Shown: one piece after another, positions 1-9,299 of the stretch
Numbering within the stretch: position 1 is the first letter of the stretch
Layout of the letters: the number at the start of each line of letters is the position of its first letter
Source: Anaerolineae bacterium
Lineage (GTDB): Bacteria; Chloroflexota; Anaerolineae; B4-G1; SLSP01
Length of the DNA stretch: 64,000 bases
Reading direction: 5' to 3'
Assembly: GCA_034437735.1 (NCBI GenBank)
Contig: DAOTTS010000118.1
Location: 7,930-71,929, forward strand
Made by a program: the position numbers and the translations under genes
Notes under the pieces: model-generated
The model's database searches: none
Seen by the model: the letters and a program-made list of their open reading frames with translations, nothing else
What the model was told of the DNA's origin: nothing

Positions 1-1195
1 GCTCAAAGGGATACCAGGAGACGTAGCCCTTACCGTCCAGCGCCTCATCACTCCAACGGAGCATTTTTAGATCATCTTCGACCGGGTGCTTGCGGTACCA
101 GTCGATAAACTTGTAATCCTCGATACCCGCTTGGCGCTGCGGGCTCCAGATCTCAACGGTCCAGGCAAACGCCCCCATCTGCTCGTAAAGCCAGGTGTCA
201 AATCCCCCGGTGACAATCTGCTTGGGATGATAGCGAAAATCGTGATAGACCGAGATATTCGGATATCCCGTGATCTCCGTGCCCTTCTCCCCGATGGTCT
301 CGTAGGTCCAGAGATCCTCCACAGGGAATGCCTCGTCCTCGCGGTCGTCATACGGGCGCAGTAACACGCCACTGTAGGTATGAAAGGCGACCCCCCCAGT
401 GATGTTTGGGTGCTTGGCGATGAAATGCACCAGCGCACGCACCTCATTCTCGGACGTGGGATACGGGCCGGCTCCCTTTTGCTCAAACTCCTGCCGCCAG
501 TGCTCGGGGAAGTTCCGGTTCAGATCCAGTCGCTCCTTATGGGGCTGGATCTTGAGGGTCACACCATCCCAGGCGTCGTCCTCCAGGGTCCCTTCCGGAA
601 GCATTCGGTAGTAGGTACCGCCATGCTCTGTCGGCTCGCGCCGCACCATAAGCCGGGGATCTTTCTCGCTTAACTTCCAGGCCCCATTAGGATCGGGGAT
701 TCGCATGGCCAGCATCCGCCCATCCCCATCGATATCCCCCCGGATGAGTCCCTCCAGGGGCTCATCGTCATAGGGATAAGGCCGGATGCTCGATCGGATG
801 TACTTAGGCTCATCCGCCAGGGCCAACTCCGCACCATCCGGATTGACTCGGGGTACGATGTAGTAATCTCGCGTGTCGAGAAGGTGAGTGATGGAGGCGT
901 CCTCCCCATACCGGGTAACGAGGTAATCTACAAAATAGAGACAGGCGGTCGACGCCGAAAGCTCGGTTGCGTGGATGTTCCCGTCGATCCAGAATGCCGG
1001 TTTCTCCATGTCGGATCCCGAATTAACATTCGTGAGAGTCAGAAGCCAGATGTCCCGACCTTCAAAACTCTGACCGATACTCTCCACCTGCACGAGTTGA
1101 GGATACGCGTCTGCGTACTGATGGACAATCCGCGTTAAATCCTCGTAACGGTAGAACGTATCAAACGCTACATCGGGCTTTGCTGAATGCGACAT
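1..1195 (-). CDS. M14 family zinc carboxypeptidase (3' end runs off window start)
   Basis: Minus-strand frame from ATG at 1195-1193 (RBS AGGAG 6 nt upstream) is open to position 1. Translation MSHSAKPDVAF...WIDGNIHATE carries the HxxE zinc motif of carboxypeptidase A-like M14 peptidases. It is not in the supplied ORF track because it has no stop inside the window. Confidence 0.65.
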   Translation of the reverse strand, partial: MSHSAKPDVAFDTFYRYEDLTRIVHQYADAYPQLVQVESIGQSFEGRDIWLLTLTNVNSGSDMEKPAFWIDGNIHATELSASTACLYFVDYLVTRYGEDASITHLLDTRDYYIVPRVNPDGAELALADEPKYIRSSIRPYPYDDEPLEGLIRGDIDGDGRMLAMRIPDPNGAWKLSEKDPRLMVRREPTEHGGTYYRMLPEGTLEDDAWDGVTLKIQPHKERLDLNRNFPEHWRQEFEQKGAGPYPTSENEVRALVHFIAKHPNITGGVAFHTYSGVLLRPYDDREDEAFPVEDLWTYETIGEKGTEITGYPNISVYHDFRYHPKQIVTGGFDTWLYEQMGAFAWTVEIWSPQRQAGIEDYKFIDWYRKHPVEDDLKMLRWSDEALDGKGYVSWYPFE

Positions 1196-1247
1196 CGTCA
1201 ATGATCTCCTTTAAGCCATGCGTGAATCTCGTGAAACGAGGTGTTCA

Positions 1248-3410
1248 TTATGCGCGTCTTAACACCCGCTGGATCGCCTGAAGCAGAGCGCCTTCCTGCT
1301 CAAATCCCTGCTCCCCCAGCTCGCTAAGCCCCAGATAGACGGCTAGCCGACAGCGCCGGATCAATCCAAGCACGAGGCGTCCCATCGTATGCTGGCGCAG
1401 CGCGTACTCCTCAGCATCCGTCCAGAGCTGGCCCTCGGACCAGCGCCGGCTCAGGACAACGGGGTGTGTCAAGGGTTGGTAGAGCCGCTCCCACCATCCG
1501 CTCCCCCCCACGTTAAGCCAGAACTGAACCTCCACCGGCTGATTGCTGAGAAGGAACGTATAAGCGGGAGCAAGAAGTACGGCATCCTCATCCCGATCTT
1601 TCCAGGGAGCCAGGTACTGCGCGGCGATCACGCCATCCCGGACCATCGTCAAATACTCCTGGCCTAACGGCCTATCCTCGGGCAGGTCGCGGGATATCCA
1701 CCGGAATTTACGCACCGATTCCACCAACGTCGCCGCGATCCGACCGGCATCCAGGTCGTCGTGAAAGCCAAAACCCGGTTGGGAGAGTACCTCCCCGAAC
1801 AAACGCGCCAGGAAATAGTCCAGGGCGCTGGGCTCGTGCGATACGTACGCCTCCAACCACGTCCTCAGCGTCTCAAACCGCTCCCCCAACGCATAGGTGA
1901 TCCGCTGCTGCATCTCCGGGCCCAACCCTTCAAAAGAGAGCACGCGAGGCTCTTGATCCTGAGGGCGGTAGACGGTCTCGGCCAATAACCGAGCCCGAAT
2001 CAGATCAAGGTCCGCGATCGCGTGCTGAAACGCGTAGGATACGTCATACCGCGAGGGCACAATGTGCCAGTCCGGGTGCCCCAACGCCGCAAACGTCAAC
2101 AAGGTTCGCGTTGCAGGTTCCTCACGCAGCGCTCGTGAAGGACGATGCGAACGAACCGGTATATCTTGATCCTCGAGCTCGTGGGCCAAAGTAAAACGTA
2201 GCGCATCGGTCAGAAAAGGGGCAAGAATCACAATCTGTCCCGGATCGACACCCTGATCGTGAATCAGGTGGTCGACTTGCGTCGCCACCCACGTGAGCAT
2301 CTGCGGGTGATAGCGCTGATTCTCAAAACGCAGCACGGACGTGATATCGATCGAAGCGGCGTCCGCGTCATCGGGCCAGTCGAAGACGTTGTCTTTCATG
2401 TCCAGTTCACCACCCACGGAACGCGGCTTCAGAGAGTTCGCCAGGCTTCCGCCCAGGGCCTTTACCTCCGGCGACATCACAACGGATCGCGTCAAGGTAT
2501 GACTCGCATCGCACAACGTCTCCAACTTGCGCGCGCTCTCAGGATCCGCGCCCAGAAAACTGCGGTAGCCGGCGCCCGCATCGTAGATGATCAACGCAGA
2601 CTGAGCTTCAGACAGCCAATCCGCCAGAATATCATGGGCGACCGGCGTATCTTCCTCCACGTTGTCCACGATCAGATTGGGATAAGTTTCAAGGAGATGA
2701 TCGCGGCATAAAGGCGCTTGCCATAAATGGTTGACAAACATCGACATCTGCAGAGAAAAATCGAGGAGATTGTGCTTCAAGCAGTAGGCGCGGAAGTGTT
2801 GCGCACAGATCTGGGCGTGATCATAGACCCGGGCCTGAGCCTGCTCCCCCACCCAGGCACCTTTCAATCGGGCCGCGATCTCAGAGGGTGCGAAACCGAC
2901 CACGGCCGACTTGTTGAGATTGTCAAGGATCTGACTGTACAGCCGATTCCGCTCAATCCTCACCGACTCAAAGTACCCCCGCTCCTCAATAAGAGGGTTA
3001 GCGACCCGCGCCATATAGTACTGAGCCGTCTCCAGCGTGAGGAAGAGGGGACGCCGATCCGGATCGCCAAAACCCGCATCCTCCGCAACCAGGGGCCAGA
3101 AGAGATCAATCATCCGCCGGGCCAAGCCGGCCAGGGTCGCAATATGAATCGGCGCATCCAGGGACGTGACCAGATGCCGCATCGCGTCACGATAAGGCGA
3201 AGCTAACGTCCGCTGAGGGACGAGAACCATAAGCTCCCGAGGTGAAAGACCGGATTCGATCAATCGGATCATCCGCCCAATACCGGCGGTTGTCTTTCCG
3301 GTGCCGGCCGGCCCCTTGAGAAAAATCCGTTGATCGGGAGGGGCATCAATCAGCGATCGTTGACCGTCCGCCCACTCGATCCCTTCGTGGTCCGTCAGTT
3401 GGTCAAGCAT
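1248..3410 (-). CDS. P-loop SF1 helicase-like ATPase (UvrD/AAA_19-like), 720 aa
   Basis: N-terminal Walker A FLKGPAGTGKTT with a UvrD-like context. The putative motif II reads VDNVEED (DE to DN). No RBS; TACAAT lies 7 nt upstream of the ATG, suggesting a leaderless mRNA. Confidence 0.5.
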   Translation of the reverse strand: MLDQLTDHEGIEWADGQRSLIDAPPDQRIFLKGPAGTGKTTAGIGRMIRLIESGLSPRELMVLVPQRTLASPYRDAMRHLVTSLDAPIHIATLAGLARRMIDLFWPLVAEDAGFGDPDRRPLFLTLETAQYYMARVANPLIEERGYFESVRIERNRLYSQILDNLNKSAVVGFAPSEIAARLKGAWVGEQAQARVYDHAQICAQHFRAYCLKHNLLDFSLQMSMFVNHLWQAPLCRDHLLETYPNLIVDNVEEDTPVAHDILADWLSEAQSALIIYDAGAGYRSFLGADPESARKLETLCDASHTLTRSVVMSPEVKALGGSLANSLKPRSVGGELDMKDNVFDWPDDADAASIDITSVLRFENQRYHPQMLTWVATQVDHLIHDQGVDPGQIVILAPFLTDALRFTLAHELEDQDIPVRSHRPSRALREEPATRTLLTFAALGHPDWHIVPSRYDVSYAFQHAIADLDLIRARLLAETVYRPQDQEPRVLSFEGLGPEMQQRITYALGERFETLRTWLEAYVSHEPSALDYFLARLFGEVLSQPGFGFHDDLDAGRIAATLVESVRKFRWISRDLPEDRPLGQEYLTMVRDGVIAAQYLAPWKDRDEDAVLLAPAYTFLLSNQPVEVQFWLNVGGSGWWERLYQPLTHPVVLSRRWSEGQLWTDAEEYALRQHTMGRLVLGLIRRCRLAVYLGLSELGEQGFEQEGALLQAIQRVLRRA

Positions 3411-3416
3411 AGGCCG

Positions 3417-3422
3417 ATTGTA
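3417..3422 (-). promoter_or_regulatory. -10 element TACAAT positioned for leaderless start of helicase-like gene
   Basis: Minus strand reads TTGTTT-17nt-TACAAT-cggcct-ATG. The ATG lies at the expected +1. Confidence 0.3.
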
Positions 3423-3479
3423 GCAGGATAAATTGAGGAAACAACCACAATCGTCTTAAGCATTCTCGGGCTTTGCCGT

Positions 3480-4289
3480 CTATCTCGAGGTCCGGATGCG
3501 ATCGGGATAATCGGTGGTCACCGCCTCAATGCCCAGCCACCATAACATCCGAGCGGTCCAGGGTCTATTGACGGTCCATACCCAACAGCGATATCCGCGA
3601 CGCCGAGCCCGCCAGATAAGCGTTGGATCCAGAATCGCCGACCGCCAATAGACGTCGACGGCGACTGTGCCGCCGACTCGGGGCCAACGCCCACCCCATA
3701 GGTGCAGTTGACCCAGCCTTACGTCAGGGGCAACTTCATGGAATTGGCGCAGCCACGCCAGGTCAAACGAGATAACGACCACGTCCTCACTTACAGGCGA
3801 AACCTCTTCGCTTAGAAGCACGGCCAGGTCCTCAGCGATACCCGGATAGAGAGCGGGATCCTTGACCTCTACAACCAAGGTGCGTCCCGCCCCCAAGACG
3901 CGATCGATAACGTGACGAAGTGTCGGTACGGGCGTTCCCTCATAGGAGGATGAAAAATGACGACCGGCGTCCAGCTCCTGGATCTGATCCCAAGTCAGAT
4001 CCCTTATCTCTCCTTGTCCTTGCGTGGTGCGCGCCACAGAGGCGTCGTGCATCACGACTAGCGTCCCATCTTGAGTGCGATGGACGTCAACTTCAATCGC
4101 TTGCGCCCCCCGGTCAATACCGGCCTCAATCGCCGGTATGGTATTCTCCGGTGCCAATCCCGCCGCACCCCGGTGACCGACCACGAACGTCCGACGATCC
4201 TTGGCTCTGGAGATCGCAGCCTGAACCAGATGCAGAACAATCCACAAACCCAGTACAACAGCCACAAGCCCACCGATCAATCTGAACAT
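3480..4289 (-). CDS. glycerophosphodiester phosphodiesterase (GDPD family), N-terminal TM anchor
   Basis: VVGHRGAAGLAPENTIPA and EVDVHRTQDGTLVVMHD are canonical GDPD motifs. Hydrophobic N-terminus. RBS AAAGGAG. Confidence 0.8.
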   Translation of the reverse strand: MFRLIGGLVAVVLGLWIVLHLVQAAISRAKDRRTFVVGHRGAAGLAPENTIPAIEAGIDRGAQAIEVDVHRTQDGTLVVMHDASVARTTQGQGEIRDLTWDQIQELDAGRHFSSSYEGTPVPTLRHVIDRVLGAGRTLVVEVKDPALYPGIAEDLAVLLSEEVSPVSEDVVVISFDLAWLRQFHEVAPDVRLGQLHLWGGRWPRVGGTVAVDVYWRSAILDPTLIWRARRRGYRCWVWTVNRPWTARMLWWLGIEAVTTDYPDRIRTSR

Positions 4290-4488
4290 TCACGCAAACT
4301 CCTTTAAGGTAAGCCCGGCAGTCGCCGGCAGCCCGTCATTACGTCAAGAGGTCTCCCCACAGTGTAGTCCCTCATCCCTCGAACGCAAGCCCACAAAGCC
4401 TTGCCATTCTCGCTCCAAGGAGGAGGACAAGTGATTTCCTTTTCCCGCAATCTCCGGCTTCGCCAGGCAAAATCCGAAATGCACAGAC

Positions 4489-4517
4489 TTGACACAATCG
4501 ATGACTAACGATATAAT
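4489..4517 (+). promoter_or_regulatory. consensus sigma70 promoter TTGACA-17-TATAAT for LacI-family gene
   Basis: TTGACA 4489-4494, 17-nt spacer, TATAAT 4512-4517. RBS AAGGAAG precedes the ATG at 4554. Confidence 0.6.
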
Positions 4518-4531
4518 GGTACCGGTACCAT
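4516..4531 (+). promoter_or_regulatory. perfect 16-bp palindrome ATGGTACCGGTACCAT overlapping -10/+1 (candidate LacI-family autoregulatory operator)
   Basis: The sequence is exactly self-complementary. It abuts the -10 hexamer directly upstream of a LacI-family regulator gene. Confidence 0.45.
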
Positions 4532-4553
4532 CAAGACAGAAAAGGAAGCCTCT

Positions 4554-5576
4554 ATGGTCACAATCCGAGATGTTGCTAAGCAAGCAGGCGTCGCACCTAT
4601 TACCGTATCGCGCGTTATCAACCATGCAGACAACGTCAGTGACACAACCCGACAGCGTGTCGAGGCGGCCATCGACGCATTGGGATATGTGCCTAACCGT
4701 CTGGCTTCCAGTTTCCGCTCCAACAAAACCAACACTATCGGCCTTATCCTGACCGACATCACCAACCCGTTTTGGACCACCGTCGCTCGGGGCGTGGAGG
4801 ACGAGGCAGATGAGCACGGCTTTAACGTCATCCTGTGCAATACCGACGAATCAAGAGAGGAGGAAAACAAGTACGTCCGCGTCCTCCTTCAAAAACAGGT
4901 AGATGGGTTTCTGTTAGTACCCAGTTCGAACTCCACGGATCCAATATCGTTGATTCAAAAACAGGGGACCCCACTCGTCGTTATGGATCGTAGAGTCTTC
5001 GGGAAGATCAATTCGGTCCGCTGCGATTCCGTAAAGGGCGCGCGCGCGCTAACTCACCACCTGATCGAGTTGGGACATCGCAGGATCGCCGCGCTCAGCG
5101 GATCGAGGCACGTCTCAACAGCAGTCGATCGCGTGGAGGGTTATAAACGTGCGCTGAAGGACGCGGACCTAGAGATCGATCCCGCGCTGATTCACTATCA
5201 GGCGTTTACGCAGGAGGCAGGCTACGCGATGACCCAGAAGGTGTTTGGGGGACCATCGCCACCCACCGCGATCTTCGCCATCAATAACTTCATTGCCATC
5301 GGCGCCTACAAGGCACTCAAGGATTTGGGACTTCGTGTGCCCGAGGACGTCTCGCTCGTTGCCTTTGATGACCTCCCGACAGCGCTGGTGTTGGAGCCCT
5401 TTCTCACCGTCGCCTCTCAGCCTGCCTATGAGATGGGTAAGCGCGCAACCCAGCTTCTGATCGATCGGATGGCCGCCTCGGAGTCAGAGACATCTCCCCC
5501 TTTAGAACAGGAGGAGATCGTGCTGCCGGTTGAGCTCATGATTCGACGGTCCACGGCGCCCCGCAAACGGGCGTAA
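4554..5576 (+). CDS. LacI family transcriptional regulator
   Basis: N-terminal HTH VTIRDVAKQAGVAPITVSRVINHADNVS. Periplasmic-binding-protein-like sugar-binding core. Confidence 0.9.
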   Translation: MVTIRDVAKQAGVAPITVSRVINHADNVSDTTRQRVEAAIDALGYVPNRLASSFRSNKTNTIGLILTDITNPFWTTVARGVEDEADEHGFNVILCNTDESREEENKYVRVLLQKQVDGFLLVPSSNSTDPISLIQKQGTPLVVMDRRVFGKINSVRCDSVKGARALTHHLIELGHRRIAALSGSRHVSTAVDRVEGYKRALKDADLEIDPALIHYQAFTQEAGYAMTQKVFGGPSPPTAIFAINNFIAIGAYKALKDLGLRVPEDVSLVAFDDLPTALVLEPFLTVASQPAYEMGKRATQLLIDRMAASESETSPPLEQEEIVLPVELMIRRSTAPRKRA

Positions 5577-5671
5577 CACAATCAGAACCGCAATCAACAA
5601 CCGACAGAGAGGAACACAGGGACGATAGAGAGTATTAAAGAGCAGGACTCAGTCTTTTAAGGAGACGGACC

Positions 5672-6739
5672 ATGAATAAAAACGCAACCGCAGCAACGAC
5701 TATCGACAAGGATGATCTGATCGTTATTACCGGAGCCGGAGGCTTTATCGCCGGCGCGTTGACCCGCTACTTCCACGATCAAGGCTTCACCCGAATTCGT
5801 GCGGTGGACAAGAAACCACTTCCCGAATGGTACCAGCGCGTGCCCGGCGTTGAGAGCCTCAGTCTTGATCTGACCGACCCCGATAATTGCCGGCGCGTCA
5901 CCGAGGGTGCCAAAGAGGTCTACAATCTAGCTGCGGATATGGGAGGCATGGGATTCATCGAGAACTTCCGCGTCGAATGTCTGCGCAGCATTCTTATCAA
6001 TACCCACATGATTGAAGCTGCCTACCAGGCGGGCGCTGATCGTTATTTCTTCTCATCCTCAGCATGCGCGTACAACACAGAACTCCAGCAGGATCCCAAC
6101 GTCCGGGCACTCAAAGAGTCGGATGCGTATCCCGCGATGGCCGAGCGGGGATATGGCTGGGAGAAATTGATGTCCGAGATGTTCTGTCAAGAGTATTGGG
6201 CCGAGCGCAATCTCAAGACCTTCATCGCCCGATTCCATAACGTGTACGGTCCCTATGGGACGTGGGACGGGGGTCGCGAGAAAGCACCGGCCGCGCTGAG
6301 CCGCAAGGTCATCGAAGCCGAGGATACCGGCGACCTCAGCATCACAATCTGGGGAGATGGGACACAGACGCGCAGCTTTATGTTTATCGACGACTGCGTC
6401 GAGGGTATCGATATGATTACTCACCGCGAGGACCTGATCGCGAAGCCGATCAACCTGGGTTCGAGTCATCTGATCTCGATCAACGATCTGGTTAGCATAA
6501 TCGAGGACATCGCAGGCGTCGAACTCGAACGAGAGTACGACCTCACCAAACCCCGGGGCGTTGCAGGTCGTAACAGCGACAATACCTTTATCTTGGAGGT
6601 TCTCGGGTGGGAGCCCAATACCCCCCTTCGCGAAGGTATGGACGTCACCTATCACTGGATCAAGCAGCAGTATGAGGACCGCAAAGCCGGGAAGCACACA
6701 CCGGCTGGCACCACCAAGGGTCTACCCGGACACGTCTAG
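5672..6739 (+). CDS. NDP-sugar 3,5-epimerase of the GDP-mannose 3,5-epimerase (GME) type, extended SDR
   Basis: TGAGGFIAG Rossmann motif. FFSSSACAYN conserves the GME catalytic Cys. FHNVYGPYGTWDGGREKAPAALSRK conserves the GME catalytic Lys (REKAPAA) and is near-identical to plant GME blocks. Confidence 0.8.
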   Translation: MNKNATAATTIDKDDLIVITGAGGFIAGALTRYFHDQGFTRIRAVDKKPLPEWYQRVPGVESLSLDLTDPDNCRRVTEGAKEVYNLAADMGGMGFIENFRVECLRSILINTHMIEAAYQAGADRYFFSSSACAYNTELQQDPNVRALKESDAYPAMAERGYGWEKLMSEMFCQEYWAERNLKTFIARFHNVYGPYGTWDGGREKAPAALSRKVIEAEDTGDLSITIWGDGTQTRSFMFIDDCVEGIDMITHREDLIAKPINLGSSHLISINDLVSIIEDIAGVELEREYDLTKPRGVAGRNSDNTFILEVLGWEPNTPLREGMDVTYHWIKQQYEDRKAGKHTPAGTTKGLPGHV

Positions 6740-6754
6740 AAAAGGAGAATCCTG

Positions 6755-7558
6755 ATGACCGCAGGCACTGACCCAGCAAACCCTATCAAGGACGTCATTG
6801 GCGGGTTGCCCTACCGAATGGCTTTTGCAGGGGGATGGATCGATCAGCCCTTCGTCTCCCAGCACAATCCCGACCCTCCGGGCTCTATGGTGGTGGTTGC
6901 GTTGAAACCGACCTTTCGGTTTATGAACCGCTGTGGTATGGGTACGAGCACCCGGCGCATCGCCATTGAGCACTGGGGAGACACGCTTCCGGACCGAGAT
7001 CCGGTGAGTCTGGTCAAAGAGCTGTACGAGACGGAGAATGAGGGAAAAGCCGAACCTTCTGGATCGCAAGACATGGTCGGGATCATCTATCCCGGCGTGA
7101 ATCGCCTGGACTATGACTACAACTATGAAGGCGGCATTTATCCGGTCCACGTCGAATCGAACACCAACCCGGAGGTTGGACAATGGCTGGAACGCGTGAT
7201 CTCGATGGTGCCGATCGATCCAAGGCCCGACGGATACAACCCACTGGGTATTAAGAATCTCGATCCCGACTGGATTCGCCGCCTGGGCACCACCGGCGCC
7301 GATTGCTATGACGCCATCCTTGCCCAGGACCGTCAAGCGTTGGGAGCCGCGATGAATGCCTGTATGGAATGTTGGAAGGCGATTCTGCCCCACACTGTCC
7401 GGCATCCTACCTTACGTGTTGATCTTCTGGAAATCCTGGACTATTATCAGTCCAAGTATGACGGTGCCATGTACTCCGGATGCGGCGGAGGGTACCTCTA
7501 CGTCGTATCGGAGGATGAGGTGCCCGGAGGATTGCGGGTTAAGGTGAAGACAACGTAA
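6755..7558 (+). CDS. small GHMP-kinase-like protein (divergent motifs), putative sugar kinase
   Basis: C-terminal SGCGGGYLYVV resembles GHMP motif 3. NRCGMGTSTRRIA resembles motif 2. Only 267 aa. Lies 15 nt downstream of the epimerase. Confidence 0.4.
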   Translation: MTAGTDPANPIKDVIGGLPYRMAFAGGWIDQPFVSQHNPDPPGSMVVVALKPTFRFMNRCGMGTSTRRIAIEHWGDTLPDRDPVSLVKELYETENEGKAEPSGSQDMVGIIYPGVNRLDYDYNYEGGIYPVHVESNTNPEVGQWLERVISMVPIDPRPDGYNPLGIKNLDPDWIRRLGTTGADCYDAILAQDRQALGAAMNACMECWKAILPHTVRHPTLRVDLLEILDYYQSKYDGAMYSGCGGGYLYVVSEDEVPGGLRVKVKTT

Positions 7559-7583
7559 CCTATCGTAGGAGGATAACTGATCC

Positions 7584-8396
7584 ATGACGCAAGTGGTGCT
7601 AAGTGGTGCCTTTGATGACCTTCGATCGGATGATATCCGGTTCACCGAGGAGGCGTCCAAGCTGGGCGCCGTTCACGTTCTACTGTGGTCGGATAGCGAG
7701 GTGCGGTCTGTGACAGGTGCGCCACCCAAGTTTCCCCAGGAGGAACGGGCGTACCTTCTGGATGGAATTCGCTACGTCGATCAGGTGCACCTTATCAGTA
7801 CGTCCATCACCGAGGGGCTGCCCGAGCCTATCGCGACCAAGGCCGACCTATGGGTAGTAAGGGAAAAAGACGACGCACCCGCCAAAGGGGAATTTTGCCG
7901 GAATCACGAACTCTGCTACCGCGTCATTAGCGACGCAGAGATCCAGGGTTTCCCGATCCGAGAGCCCAATCTTGACACCACCGATCACAAGAAGGTCGTC
8001 GTGACCGGATGTTATGATTGGTTCCACTCCGGTCATCTGCGATTCTTTGAGGAAGCATCTCAGTTTGGGGATCTCTACGTCGTCGTCGGCAATGATGCCA
8101 ACGTGGAGCAACTCAAGGGAGAAGGCCACCCGATGTTCCCCGAGGAAGAGCGCCGGTACATCGTCCAATCGATGCGGTACGTCGAGGGAGCCTATGTCGC
8201 CTCAGGCGACGGCTGGCTCGACGCAGCGCCCGAGATCGCAAAGATTCAACCGGACATCTACCTGGTCAATGAGGATGGGGATAAACCGATCAAGGCGGCG
8301 TTCTGTGAGGAACACGGGCTTGAGTATGTGGTGCTGAAGCGAACGCCGAAAGAGGGACTGCACCGTCGATCCAGCACGAATCTGCGAGGGTTTTAG
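7584..8396 (+). CDS. tandem cytidylyltransferase-like (HIGH-motif) nucleotidyltransferase; N-terminal copy degenerate
   Basis: The second domain (VVVTGCYDWFHSGHLRFFEEA...NDANVEQLKGEGHPMFPEEERRYIV) matches the HldE C-terminal/TagD family with HxGH. The first domain (VVLSGAFDDLRSD...PKFPQEERAYLL) keeps the fold signature but lacks HxGH. Confidence 0.7.
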   Translation: MTQVVLSGAFDDLRSDDIRFTEEASKLGAVHVLLWSDSEVRSVTGAPPKFPQEERAYLLDGIRYVDQVHLISTSITEGLPEPIATKADLWVVREKDDAPAKGEFCRNHELCYRVISDAEIQGFPIREPNLDTTDHKKVVVTGCYDWFHSGHLRFFEEASQFGDLYVVVGNDANVEQLKGEGHPMFPEEERRYIVQSMRYVEGAYVASGDGWLDAAPEIAKIQPDIYLVNEDGDKPIKAAFCEEHGLEYVVLKRTPKEGLHRRSSTNLRGF

Positions 8397-8433
8397 CCGG
8401 CACGAGCAAGAGGCAACGACAACGACTGAAGCA

Positions 8434-8470
8434 CCGGGCGGACCCATAAATCTGGGTCCGCCCGGTTTTT
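8434..8470 (+). terminator. rho-independent terminator after nucleotidyltransferase gene
   Basis: CCGGGCGGACCC-ataaatct-GGGTCCGCCCGG followed by TTTTT. Confidence 0.7.
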
Positions 8471-8516
8471 CGTCTAGGTGCGAGTCGACGTTGGAGAGCT
8501 TGTGCGTCCCCCCTCC

Positions 8517-9299
8517 CTACTTCTTACCCATCCGCGCCAGGGCTTCCAGGCTTCGTTTGGGAACGTCGAAGCCGAGTCCGTCCTCGCCACCCTCCTCGAC
8601 GACGTACCACTCCGGGTGATGCTGAGTTTCAGCCAGTTCGAAGATCGTGTCCCAATCGGCCTTGCCTTCGCCGATCACAGAACCGGGCTCGCCGCCGTAG
8701 TCCTTCAAGTGTATCGACTTCGCGCGGCCCGGGAACTTGCGCAGTATCTTGATGGGATCGCCGTCGCCATTGGCGCAGTTACCGATATCCATCTGCATCA
8801 CCACGTCCTCGGTCGTGTTTGAGAACAGAACCTCCCACGCAGTCTCTTCACCAAAGTACCCGAAGTCGAAGGGATGAGCATGATATCCGGTGAGCATGCC
8901 CAACGGCTTCAGTTTCGCGGCCACGGTATTCAGAATCTCCGCCAGTTCCAGCGTCGTATCGAGTTGGCTCGTGCGCTGCTTATCCGCCGCGATGATCAGG
9001 AACTTGTTGCCCAGGATCTGGTTCATCTCGATGGTCCGCTCCAGGTTATCGCCCAGCAGCGCGCCGGTGGCCAGATGGAAACCGCAACAGACTAAGCCAC
9101 TGTCGTCATACATCTTGCGGATCTCCTGCGGTGTGTGCTCCATCCATTCGAGTGCCTCACCGTTGTACCCCCATGGCTCCGCCGCGACGTAGCCCAGATC
9201 CGCGACCGAATCCAACGTCGCCGCAAGACCCTTCTGAACCTCACCGCGAACGGCGAAAAGCTGCAGCCCGATCGGTATCTTCTTTGCATCCTCTGACAT
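8517..9299 (-). CDS. sugar phosphate isomerase/epimerase (xylose isomerase-like TIM barrel)
   Basis: Start moved to MSEDAKK (ATG at 9299) because AGGAGG lies 8 nt upstream. The TIM-barrel family is marked by CGFHLATGAL...YHAHPFDF.... Confidence 0.8.
   Translation of the reverse strand: MSEDAKKIPIGLQLFAVRGEVQKGLAATLDSVADLGYVAAEPWGYNGEALEWMEHTPQEIRKMYDDSGLVCCGFHLATGALLGDNLERTIEMNQILGNKFLIIAADKQRTSQLDTTLELAEILNTVAAKLKPLGMLTGYHAHPFDFGYFGEETAWEVLFSNTTEDVVMQMDIGNCANGDGDPIKILRKFPGRAKSIHLKDYGGEPGSVIGEGKADWDTIFELAETQHHPEWYVVEEGGEDGLGFDVPKRSLEALARMGKK

Noticed and set aside
4344-4817. 157-aa minus-strand ORF across the lacI promoter and 5' coding region
   Set aside because: It is antisense to a well-supported LacI-family gene and to its consensus promoter.
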